From the NCBI GenBank assembly GCA_000004985.1, contig GG738874.1: a stretch of 64,000 nt of DNA. One strand, written 5' to 3'. The notes under the pieces are model-generated. The model was given only the letters and a program-made list of their open reading frames with translations, made no database searches and was not told the origin of the DNA. Positions 1 to 9,165 of the stretch are shown piece after piece (positions within the stretch are counted from its first letter, which is position 1; the number at the start of each line of letters is the position of its first letter). A program made the position numbers and the translations under genes. This stretch comes from Naegleria gruberi (Eukaryota).

Positions 1-2298
1 ATTTCTAATGACGTCTGCAATAACAAAATCAAACTCCTTGATAAAATCTGGATTTTGGAATAGTTGAACAGTCCATTCTTCTTTTGTTTTTTGAATCCAC
101 TTGGAAAAAATCTGTTTTGAACCATTAGAAACATTCACACAAAGAGGAGCTCCTTCAGTTATATAGGTTTCGAACAATTCACAACACAGTATCTCCCTCA
201 CTCTCCCCAAATCTTCCTCCCTGACATATTCTCTCAGAATTGGTGTCTTTTCCTCGTCATTATGCTTACATTCGTATAAAGAAGAATACACCTTCTCAAC
301 ATCTCCAATAAATGCAACATTCTCAATAGAAAACTCGTGCTTTGAAAATTGTCTCAACAATTCAAATCCATTTTCATCAATATACACCTGAGTAAACTCC
401 TTCCCAAACAACTCAAAGATTGGTGAATCCATTCGTATATTACATCTCATTCGAATATTTGTTCCAGCATGAAACTCTTCCTTCTTTTGCCTTTTCAACT
501 TGAAACTCTCTCGCAAAGTCATTACTGTTACAAATCCTCCACCAACACCAAAGATTTCCAAAAGCAAAGCCACGCACTCAATTGGTAAATTAAAAAATGG
601 AGAAATGAAAAAGAAAGGTGAAGCCCTTTCGTCTATCAAATGTTCAATTCTACCAGTTTCTATTTGAGCAAAACCTCTCAGTATCATCATTATAATATAC
701 AGAAAAGCAAACACAATTTGAATAACCATCTCAAATCGAAAGTATAACGGATCATTTTTAAAAAAGTATTGAATTAGTCCATTCTTTCGAATAAGCATTT
801 TTCTATTGAAATACATGTCAATAAGGAGAGTGATTAAGGCAAACACTGTAGCGAATACTATTGAAATAACGGCTAACACCTGGGCTACTGTAATAAAAAC
901 AGATAGATCTGCAACAAGTAAAAGTGGTGATAAAACTCCCAAAGCTGCGAGAGTTGTCAACAATATTGAAATCTTGACGAAGATTCTAAGTTTTGTCGAC
1001 TTGGACCACTTCAGGGATGTTTTGGTGTGATCATTATTTGTGGAAGTAATTGTGGAAGTAATTGTGGAAGGACTCGAGGTAGGAGAAACTATTTGAGAAT
1101 TCGAAAGGTTTCCAATATTTGAAAAATCCATCCTACTAAACCTTTTCACCAAACTCTCATCCATCACTTTCATATCTCGTATCGATTTTCTCTTAATATC
1201 ACAATAGACCTGATTATACACCTTCCTATTATAGAAAAAAAAAAGTGAATTTGTAAAAAATAGAATGAAAACTATTCCACAAATTATCACTGGTAGATAC
1301 AGAATCATTAAAATGTAATCTTCCCCGTTGAAATAATAATATAAATCCTTTGCTTCATTTGCTAAAATGTGAGCTACTACTATATATGGAACGAAATGTC
1401 TGGTTGACCTAGGTTTCGTATTATGGAAATAAATAGTGAATGGAGTAAGAATGAGTAAAACTAAAAATAAGATAATTGTCGTTAATAGACCTAGAATGTA
1501 ATGTGCAACAGTTGCAACTTTTTGTAAAGTCAATCTATTGTCAATTAGTTTATCAGATAAACTAAATTCTGACGAAACTTGAACGAATTCAGGTCCTTCT
1601 TGGTAAGACGAATCTAATGGAAACTTCATTTGCTTTCTATATTTGCCAACGAATGCATTAACTCTCAATTTGGAAGAATCCAAATCAACAAATTTACAAC
1701 CTGATTCCTTTTCCAAATTAGTTACTCCAAATAAATTGTTCAAATTGATTTGGAAATATAATTCAGTTCCATACAATCTTCGTGTACAATTATCTGCCCG
1801 ATAAACAAATTCGTCTTGTTTCGTATTTGATTCATAACTTGGATTCACTATTGAACCATTCACAAAATAGGTTGAATTAACAATAAATTCTTGATCCCTT
1901 AATAGAATTGACTCGCCACTAATATTCATCCTTGCATTCATCTCGAAACTATTCAACGAATCCAAATATTGATAAGCAATCATCCATCTATTCGAAATAT
2001 ACCATGTTCCATTAAATTGAAAATCCAGAGAAACTCCAAACATTGTCTTGTGTAATATATTTGCTGTAACAGCAATCAGTACCATTTGAATGTAATGAGT
2101 CGTTTCATTTTCCTTGGAATGAGACGAAACTAATCTCCATCGCCCAAAAACATTAGGTTTCATTGGAAAGTCATGATATTCAGCTAAATTTTCGTGACCT
2201 CCCCTGACTGACTGGCATTGGAGCCACAACATCATAAGCGTTAATATTCCAATTCGTGAAAGAGTGCCAAGTTTCCAATGCTTGTTTGTTATCTCCAT
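1..2298 (-). CDS. Multi-pass transmembrane protein with C-terminal RGS (regulator of G-protein signalling) domain. N-glycosylated ectodomain, then TM bundle, then RGS. Partial: C-terminus runs off the window start.
   Basis: Hand translation of the minus strand from ATG (revcomp of 2296-2298) runs stop-free to position 1. It is not in the ORF track because it is truncated by the window edge. Signal-like N-term MEITNKHWKLGTLSRIGILTLMMLWLQ. Many NxS/T sites. Several hydrophobic 20-aa segments. C-terminal FSKHEFSIENVAFIGDVEKVYSSLYECK... matches the RGS-box EFSEENxxFW signature. Confidence 0.6.
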   Translation of the reverse strand, partial: MEITNKHWKLGTLSRIGILTLMMLWLQCQSVRGGHENLAEYHDFPMKPNVFGRWRLVSSHSKENETTHYIQMVLIAVTANILHKTMFGVSLDFQFNGTWYISNRWMIAYQYLDSLNSFEMNARMNISGESILLRDQEFIVNSTYFVNGSIVNPSYESNTKQDEFVYRADNCTRRLYGTELYFQINLNNLFGVTNLEKESGCKFVDLDSSKLRVNAFVGKYRKQMKFPLDSSYQEGPEFVQVSSEFSLSDKLIDNRLTLQKVATVAHYILGLLTTIILFLVLLILTPFTIYFHNTKPRSTRHFVPYIVVAHILANEAKDLYYYFNGEDYILMILYLPVIICGIVFILFFTNSLFFFYNRKVYNQVYCDIKRKSIRDMKVMDESLVKRFSRMDFSNIGNLSNSQIVSPTSSPSTITSTITSTNNDHTKTSLKWSKSTKLRIFVKISILLTTLAALGVLSPLLLVADLSVFITVAQVLAVISIVFATVFALITLLIDMYFNRKMLIRKNGLIQYFFKNDPLYFRFEMVIQIVFAFLYIIMMILRGFAQIETGRIEHLIDERASPFFFISPFFNLPIECVALLLEIFGVGGGFVTVMTLRESFKLKRQKKEEFHAGTNIRMRCNIRMDSPIFELFGKEFTQVYIDENGFELLRQFSKHEFSIENVAFIGDVEKVYSSLYECKHNDEEKTPILREYVREEDLGRVREILCCELFETYITEGAPLCVNVSNGSKQIFSKWIQKTKEEWTVQLFQNPDFIKEFDFVIADVIRN
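1038..1072. repeat. Short tandem repeat, 12-nt unit ttgtggaagtaa x ~2.8, inside coding sequence (encodes TSTITSTIT on minus strand)
   Basis: Direct reading of 1031-1075. Confidence 0.6.
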
Positions 2299-2591
2299 TT
2301 TTTTCTATTTCTTGTTTTTTTGAAATTGGAATAATGCAGTCACGTAACACATATGTTGTGTATTATCATTTGGTTACATCTTTGTCATTTATCTCCACTC
2401 ATGAATGGGTTTGTTTGGAGTTATGCAAGGTGTTGGTTGCATATTTGAAGAAAATCTCTGTAATAAAAATAGGAAATGAGCATTGCAGTAATTGAGAATA
2501 TCTCTTGACATAAATAAGAATTTTTAAACTTTATCTCAGAATATGGCAATAAAGTACAGAAACTCGGCTTTTTAAGGTTTATTTACAAAAT

Positions 2592-4469
2592 TTAATCGGT
2601 CACAACTGAACGAGGAGGGAGAGAAGGCCCATTAAATTCATAAAATACATCGGTCAATGTGATATTTTCAGCATTAATTTCTGCCATTCTAATGACCTTT
2701 GTATTAGTCTTGTTACAGACCATTTGGATTGGAATGTGAATCTTCATGGATGATTTCTTAGAGGCCTCAAAGTCCTTTGTACTGAATTCATATCCTGTAT
2801 CAGGAACACCTGCAACCAGAGGATACAGATATGGACAGAACATGTGTAAATCTGGCTTATCAGATGGAATGTTATGCTCAGAAGGAACATAGACTGTTGC
2901 CCTTTCATATTTGTGTTTCTTTTCCTCAATTCTCTTACTTAGCATGGTTGGCCTAGTGAGCACTGAAATTTGTTTGGAATTGTTGTGTCTTTGAGAAGTT
3001 ACACTCTTCTTCTTATTTGGTATTGGAGAAGCAGATGTGGAATTGTCATAATTTCTGATATGAGATGCTTCTGAAGCATTTTGCTTTGGATTTTGGTAGG
3101 AGAAGGAAGAGAAGTGTCTCTTAAGCTTTGAAGGATAAAAGACATCATAGCTCATCATGCCATCTGGGTTGAAATCTTCTTCGAGTGATTCACCCATTTC
3201 CATGGTATTTTCAACATAGATTGGCTCAGGGAGGTTTTGATTTACAGAGTGAGAGGAGGTAGCATGTGTTGGGAGAGACTTAGACCCCACACTTTCAACG
3301 TTGCGAGGGGTTGTACGAGAAACATAATTAGGAGCTTGTTCATAGTTTGACCCATTGATTGACAATAAACCTCTAGCCAAACGTCTAGCAGTTTTTTGTT
3401 CAGATTGTGGTGATTGTGAAGAGGAGGTAAAGGATGTCTTGGATGATGAATTATAGTTGAATGACCCAGTGAGGAAGGTGAAAATTGTAAAAACAAATAA
3501 AATTCCCAAAATTATTACTGCAGATCTCATGATAGTATTTCTCTTTCTATTATCAGGATTAGAATTATCTGTTGTAGACATGGTATAGCTAGAATAGACA
3601 ACAGCTAATTGAGATTGAAGATAGTGATTTTCATGAACTAGTTTTTCGTTTTGTTCTTTGAGTGATTTGATGGTAACTTGTGCCTCGTCGAGCTTTTTTT
3701 GAAGACCATGATTTTCATCTCTCAATGTTTCCAATTCCTTCTTTTTTCTGTCTCTGGAGACCTTGGCTGTATATCTATTTCTGAGTTTCTTCTTTTCTTC
3801 CTTTTGTTGTTCTGTCAAATCTTCTGCATTTTCCAAGGCGAGTAATCTTTTCATGTCTGCATCAATTTCCTCAGCATCTCTTTTTCTTGCATTATTAGCA
3901 TTCGATTTTTTTCTTGCCTTTTCCTCATCACTTTCAGAACCAGATGAAGTTTGCTTGGAAGTTTTACTGTCTGATGATACCTTCTTCTTCTTTCTAGCAG
4001 GTGCCTTCTTCTTGGTTGCTGTAGTGCCACTTGATTGTCCACTTGTTGATGATTGATCTGTTGTTGTTGTTTGTCCACCAGTAGGAGACAATGAATTACT
4101 ACTCACGGACCCTGTCATGAATTGTGTAGGTGAAGTATTGAATGCACCAAAGAATGCATTCGAGAACATGGATGGATGCATAGCATTCTGTAACACAGCT
4201 GGATAGTTATTGTTAAACATTACAGGAATAATAGGACCTGTTGTGGTTGGAAAGGTAACTGAAGGATTTTGATTATCTGCTGACATCGGATTATAAAAAT
4301 CAAATGTGCCCATGTCTGATGGCATGCCATAGAAAGCGTTTACATCTACCACTGTTGGCTGTTGTTGTTGTTGAATATCGGATGTTGTTTGTTGTTCATC
4401 CTCACCAAGAAGTGATGTAAAATCAAAATCTTCATCCCCTCCCGAGAGAAGTGTTTCATAATTGTCCAT
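2592..4469 (-). CDS. Membrane-tethered bZIP transcription factor (ATF6/CREB3/OASIS-like). N-terminal Q/S/T-rich activation region, basic region + leucine zipper, single TM helix, luminal S/N-rich tail.
   Basis: ORF 2592..4481. The first in-frame ATG is at 4469 (MDNYETLL); the track start at 4481 is a TTG. Basic motif KKLRNRYTAKVSRDRKKKELE fits bZIP N-x7-R. Heptad leucines LETLRDENHGLQKKLDEAQVTIKSLKEQNEKLVHENHYLQSQL. Then hydrophobic AVIILGILFVFTIFTFLTG. RRLARGLL just C-terminal of the TM resembles an S1P RxxL site. Confidence 0.7.
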   Translation of the reverse strand: MDNYETLLSGGDEDFDFTSLLGEDEQQTTSDIQQQQQPTVVDVNAFYGMPSDMGTFDFYNPMSADNQNPSVTFPTTTGPIIPVMFNNNYPAVLQNAMHPSMFSNAFFGAFNTSPTQFMTGSVSSNSLSPTGGQTTTTDQSSTSGQSSGTTATKKKAPARKKKKVSSDSKTSKQTSSGSESDEEKARKKSNANNARKRDAEEIDADMKRLLALENAEDLTEQQKEEKKKLRNRYTAKVSRDRKKKELETLRDENHGLQKKLDEAQVTIKSLKEQNEKLVHENHYLQSQLAVVYSSYTMSTTDNSNPDNRKRNTIMRSAVIILGILFVFTIFTFLTGSFNYNSSSKTSFTSSSQSPQSEQKTARRLARGLLSINGSNYEQAPNYVSRTTPRNVESVGSKSLPTHATSSHSVNQNLPEPIYVENTMEMGESLEEDFNPDGMMSYDVFYPSKLKRHFSSFSYQNPKQNASEASHIRNYDNSTSASPIPNKKKSVTSQRHNNSKQISVLTRPTMLSKRIEEKKHKYERATVYVPSEHNIPSDKPDLHMFCPYLYPLVAGVPDTGYEFSTKDFEASKKSSMKIHIPIQMVCNKTNTKVIRMAEINAENITLTDVFYEFNGPSLPPRSVVTD

Positions 4470-4990
4470 TGTAGATCTCAAATAATAATTATTCTTCTAC
4501 AATTCTTTTCTTCACTAAATAGTGTTGCCGACTGGTACCACCACGCACAAATTATTGTAGTAGTAAAAATTTCAGAGAGAAGTCTCTGGGTGATGAAGAA
4601 AATTGGCCGTTAAGTAAATTTTTTTAAAGAAGAAATTGCTGAGGGTCATTTTTGATGAAGGCTTTGATACAACATGTTCCAGAGCGAAAATGGCTCACTA
4701 TTAGGTATGGTTGAACACGTGTTTTCTTCTTGCCAAGTCAATACACTATTTTTATAAATTGATATGGAAGAGGCTTGGAAGGAGGATTTTCAAGGAAGAG
4801 AGAATATACATTCTTTGAACGTTGCCAAACTATTGAAAAATACGTGTTTTTTTTGAAGGCTATTTGCCTTTTTGTAATATTGATTGTATTTAATATTTAA
4901 ATGTACAGAAATATATTGAAAGATTACAACATTGCCATAGATGGTTCTATTTAAAAAAATAACCAAATGGAAAATTGAGATTATTAAAAA

Positions 4991-5583
4991 ATGTCTGAAA
5001 ATCCAACATCGACTAAAACCTCGCGAGAAGAACACATTTTCAAATCGGAGGATGAAATCCAAACCAATTATTGGTTCATCATTGATGGCATGGTTGTCGA
5101 TTTTTCGGATTTTCTGTGGGGACATCCAGGTAAGAGTTTCATCATTATCATTTGATCCTATTATTTTGTCATAATCATCTTGATGCTGATGATGTGATTA
5201 TTGGAATATTTTAATGGTTACATTATTTTCCTTATTTATTATAATTTGTCAAAATGATGACGATTTGATTTAATTGTGATGATGATGATAATTGTTTGGG
5301 GTGATCTTTGGAAAATATCATGAAATTCATTTGTTGCTCCTCTCCATTTCATAATTCTTAATTGGATGTTGAAAAATTGTCCTTATAACTTTCTGTTATT
5401 GAACTTTGAAATGAATTACATTGTTATTGTAACTACAATTTAATATATTTAGGAGGACCTTCTTTTCTTAAGGAATGGAATAAAAAGGATGCCACTCAGA
5501 AATTTAAGTATTTTTCACACTCTGAAAGAGCTTGGGAAATGGCACGTGAGATGTCAATTGGAAGACTTGAAAAAAAGGAATAA
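4991..5583 (+). CDS. Cytochrome b5-like heme-binding domain protein (~90 aa), two exons: 4991..5129 and 5453..5583. Intron 5130..5452 (gtaagag...tttag, 323 nt).
   Basis: Exon 1 MSENPTSTKTSREEHIFKSEDEIQTNYWFIIDGMVVDFSDFLWGHPG ends at donor cag|gtaaga. Exon 2 completes HPGG-GPSFLKEWNKKDATQKFKYFSHSERAWEMAREMSIGRLEKKE. HPGG and the downstream HS motif are the cyt b5 heme ligands. Phase 1 on both sides. Confidence 0.8.
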
Positions 5584-6068
5584 TTGGAATGCTCTTCATC
5601 ATTCGAATAAACTAGGATTAGTGACAACTATTTCAGTTTATTCCTTTTGACACTAAGGTGATGGCTATCGTTTTATTTGAAAAAGGCAATCATGAGAGGG
5701 ATGCAGACAGGATGCTTCATTCCATTACAAACAGAGAGAATCGTCCAGTGTGCTGTATCAGAAATGATTTAAGGTCGTTGCTGTTGTTGAGCTGTTAGAA
5801 GTCACCAATTTGGGTGATTGTAGCTATTGAAAATGATAAGTTATTGTTCAGTTAAGCGAATACCCTAATGCACTATCCATAGACGAAAGTGTTGCCTCCA
5901 TTCTAGTGCAATATTTTGAAAAGATATCAAAGTTTGAAAGACAAGTGACCACTCACTTTAATGAATCTTTAAAGTGATGTTTCACCATGTTGTGGATACC
6001 CTACCGAAATACAAGATAGAAACCATGTGTCAGCATCAACACTTTAAAAACCTTAAAAAAACAAAAAG

Positions 6069-7124
6069 ATGAATCCTGCTTTCGTTTCCTTTCGAACACA
6101 ACCAAAATTTGGTCAGACATTAATTCCCATTGAGATTCGTTGTGGATTCTCCCAGCTAGTCACGATTTTGAATTATAATCCACATGAGCCACAAACTGTT
6201 TCGACATGTGTTGCATGTGTTTCGAATAGTACTCAAGAAGTAACAAACTCTTACAAGCAACATTCGCATGCGAATTACCTCAATACCACATGTTACAATT
6301 CCATTCCACAATTTGCTGTCCAACATGGGAAGGAACAATGTCTTTCGAAACGAAACGAAACTAATCTTTATCCACCTTCTCTTCACTATGAATGTGATAA
6401 ACTCTATCAACGTTACCTTGAAACAACCCAATGTAAATCCAAACCGCCACCAATTGACAATTTCATTGAGGATTCTTCAAAAAACGAGTCCACCAAATCA
6501 GTTGACAACCCTTTCAGTTTAGAGTTGGATTGTGAAGAGCTGTTCGCTTTTTGTAATGCCAATGGGCACGTTTCTAATTGTGATGTGGGCATGTCTCAAA
6601 ATGAAACTGATGGGGAGCCATCGTTTCGACCATTTTCAGATACAGATTCTAATAACATGTTTTCATTTTCACCTCATACAATTGTACAACTAACAACAGA
6701 AACTAATGATTCAGATGCAATTCCATCAGAAATAACAACTAGTGTTGGAACAATCCTAACAAAACATTCTTCCAACCGTGTTTCGAATAAGAAAAAGAAT
6801 AAGAGAAAACGACCATTGAGTGCTCAAAGTCTAAAATTGAACAAGAAGGTGAAACCTAGCTCTACATTGAACTCGAGTCAAATTACTTGGCATCACGTGA
6901 GTATTGACTCCAAGATGAATCAACAAGAGAATACTTTCGTATACGAGAATTCGTTTAACATGTTCGAAACTTTCTCACCAGCAAATAATCCTTCACCAAT
7001 TACTACACCATCCAACTCAGCTAATACATCACAAGAGTTTTCTTCAATAATCATTGAAACACCAGAAAGTATTTCAAAGAAAATGAAAAGAGGAAGACCA
7101 AGGAAAGATTTTCAAATTGAATAG
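6069..7124 (+). CDS. Hypothetical N/S/T-rich nuclear protein with C-terminal AT-hook (KRGRPRK) and basic KKKNKRKRP patch
   Basis: ORF 6069..7124 with ATG start. GRP AT-hook core at C-terminus. No other recognisable domain. Confidence 0.5.
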   Translation: MNPAFVSFRTQPKFGQTLIPIEIRCGFSQLVTILNYNPHEPQTVSTCVACVSNSTQEVTNSYKQHSHANYLNTTCYNSIPQFAVQHGKEQCLSKRNETNLYPPSLHYECDKLYQRYLETTQCKSKPPPIDNFIEDSSKNESTKSVDNPFSLELDCEELFAFCNANGHVSNCDVGMSQNETDGEPSFRPFSDTDSNNMFSFSPHTIVQLTTETNDSDAIPSEITTSVGTILTKHSSNRVSNKKKNKRKRPLSAQSLKLNKKVKPSSTLNSSQITWHHVSIDSKMNQQENTFVYENSFNMFETFSPANNPSPITTPSNSANTSQEFSSIIIETPESISKKMKRGRPRKDFQIE

Positions 7125-7198
7125 ACTAAACTATTCTTTACAATTCATCTCAATAACAACATTAATGTTATTGCAACGCTTTGCACAAAGTTCAATAA

Positions 7199-7600
7199 AT
7201 GCAAAACGACCATAATCCAAATAGATGCATCAAATGTCATCAGACGATAATCACATCAAAAAATGAGTTCAAGCGCCAACAATCACCCAGCCGTTGGTCT
7301 TTTCTTTTCTTCCTTCCTCTCCCTCTTTATCTTCTTGTAAGTAATTCTGCCACCTTTCATGCCAACCATCAACATAGAATGATGGGCGGATTTATTGTTC
7401 TCTTCATCTTTAACGTTACCAAGTGGATGGCGAATAAGAAAAATCTCGGAGGAGTTACTCAGTACCCTGATGAATATTTGAATTGGTTCTTATTTGGAGC
7501 AGTTGCTGTGTTTTTCTGTTGGGGTGCTTCGTGTATTGTTGTTTATAAGAATTTGAGATCGTGTATTACTTTTATGAGACTTGAAAAAGTCAGTGCCTAA
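7199..7600 (+). CDS. Possible small membrane protein (hypothetical). The C-terminal half has two hydrophobic helices.
   Basis: ORF only. MMGGFIVLFIFNV...WFLFGAVAVFFCWGASCIVVY. No homology recognised. May be a partial exon. Confidence 0.25.
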   Translation: MQNDHNPNRCIKCHQTIITSKNEFKRQQSPSRWSFLFFLPLPLYLLVSNSATFHANHQHRMMGGFIVLFIFNVTKWMANKKNLGGVTQYPDEYLNWFLFGAVAVFFCWGASCIVVYKNLRSCITFMRLEKVSA

Positions 7601-7903
7601 AGTGTTTAGTTGGAATGAAACGAAACACATAAATTTTCTACTACCTATTGTTGATGTAAAATATATTGAATTGATTAAATGAATAATTCCTTTATTGTAA
7701 TAATCTGAAGTAAACTATTTAGTAATTATTATTGAATCAATCCATAACTGTTCTATAGAATAATTTTTATGTGAATTTTTTAAAATTTATTTCAAAAATT
7801 GAAATTGTGAATGAAATACAGAGGTTTTTGGTGATAGAAACAATAAGTCTGTATTTCCTTTGTGGTGTGAGTGTGAAATCGTCCTCTTCATATATAAACA
7901 AAA

Positions 7904-8691
7904 TTACTTCTTCATTCCTTCAATTCTCTTCTTGAAAGCAGTCATGGTTCTTGGAAGACCAGTTCCAACCAAAAAGTCTCTCAAAATTCCAGGAACCCAA
8001 ATGTTCAATTCAATATTTACAGAATATGTGGCTTCAACGTTACCATTACCCAAATCGACCAATGTCCAACAACCTCTATTCTTGGCAAATGGACCATGAT
8101 CAGTTTCAACCCATGAAAATCCGTTATCACCATCGACTCTAAGTCTGAGAGTATATTCAGTGTTGATAATACCACCAACTGAAGCCTTCCAGAAAACATC
8201 AAAGGTTCCGTCTTCATTATCCTTGGTCTTTCTAGCTTCCACACATCCTTCAATGCTAAATATTGTCAATAATGTAATAATTAGATTTTGATTATTATTA
8301 TAATTTTACACGAGTCATCACATTGTTAAATAATATTATTAATATTAATAATTAACGAAAATTGTCCGGTTATTCATCACCAAGAAATATAATTAATAAT
8401 AATAACAACAAATATAATATGTTAAGAATATAATGTTATGAATCATCATCATCAACACCAAAATAACAAAGTAAACAACCCACACTTCAACAATCAAAAC
8501 ACTTACAATTCAGTATACTTTTCACAATTAGAAATAACATCCAAACATTCCTTAACGGTAACTCCTTCAAAAACAATCTTTTCAGTGGCACCTCCACCCA
8601 AACCGCTGCTTTCCTTCTTTTCTTCCTTTCCTCCCCAGATCCAATTCAACATTTTTTTTAGATTCTCAAATAAATCTACTTGGTGGCGCAT
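7904..8691 (-). CDS. SRPBCC-fold (COQ10 / polyketide-cyclase-like START) lipid-binding protein, 2 exons: 8691..8507 and 8255..7904. Intron 8506..8256 (gtaagt...tttag, very AT-rich).
   Basis: ATG at 8691 (revcomp of 8689-8691). Exon 1 ...FEGVTVKECLDVISNCEKYTE ends at donor tt|gtaagt (phase 2). Exon 2 (F)IEGCVEARK...DHGPFAKNRGCWTLVDLGNGNVEATYSVNIE carries a GPF..W block typical of COQ10/SRPBCC. Confidence 0.5.
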
Positions 8692-9165
8692 TTATCGTTG
8701 TTTGGAAAAAAGCTAATAGAGCGCATTGTGGATTTTTGCATGGAGCTCTTGGCAAATGTTGTTTTGTGCGCGTTACAACGGAGGACTTTGATGATAAGCG
8801 ATGATGTAAGTGTTACCAACAGCTTTTTGAGAGAAGTTTGTTGAAGTGGGTTGTTGGTTGACTAGTAAGGGAGATAGGTAAGTTCTATTTTGAGAATTGC
8901 TTTGGAAGGATTTTAGGAAGTGAAATGAACAGATTGAAGGTTTCGAAAAAAGGTGATGAATTGGAAAGTATTGATATTCGAATGTAAAGTGTTCCTTAAT
9001 TGATCTCTTTTGAAATAAATTCAAATCATCAATAATTCCAATTATAGATATTTCTATAAAATATTTTGTCCAGTTAAGATTTTGGAATACTATAGTATTA
9101 ATAATAAATAAATTTGTATATTATTGATATAATTTCCTAGATTTCTTATTTTCTTAGGTTTCTAC

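Noticed and set aside
3763-4078. Plus-strand ORFs 3763..4056 and minus-strand ORF 3851..4078 inside the bZIP gene
   Set aside because: Alternative or antisense frames of a low-complexity (S/K/E-rich) coding region. No start context or homology.
4790-5125. Minus-strand ORF of 111 aa overlapping the cytochrome b5 exon 1
   Set aside because: Antisense to a well-supported cyt b5 exon. AT-rich junk translation (FFSRGFSRCWIF...).
7860-8253. Four overlapping plus/minus ORFs in 7860..8269
   Set aside because: Only the minus-strand frame (COQ10/SRPBCC-like, spliced to 8507..8691) has domain-like sequence. The others are alternative frames.
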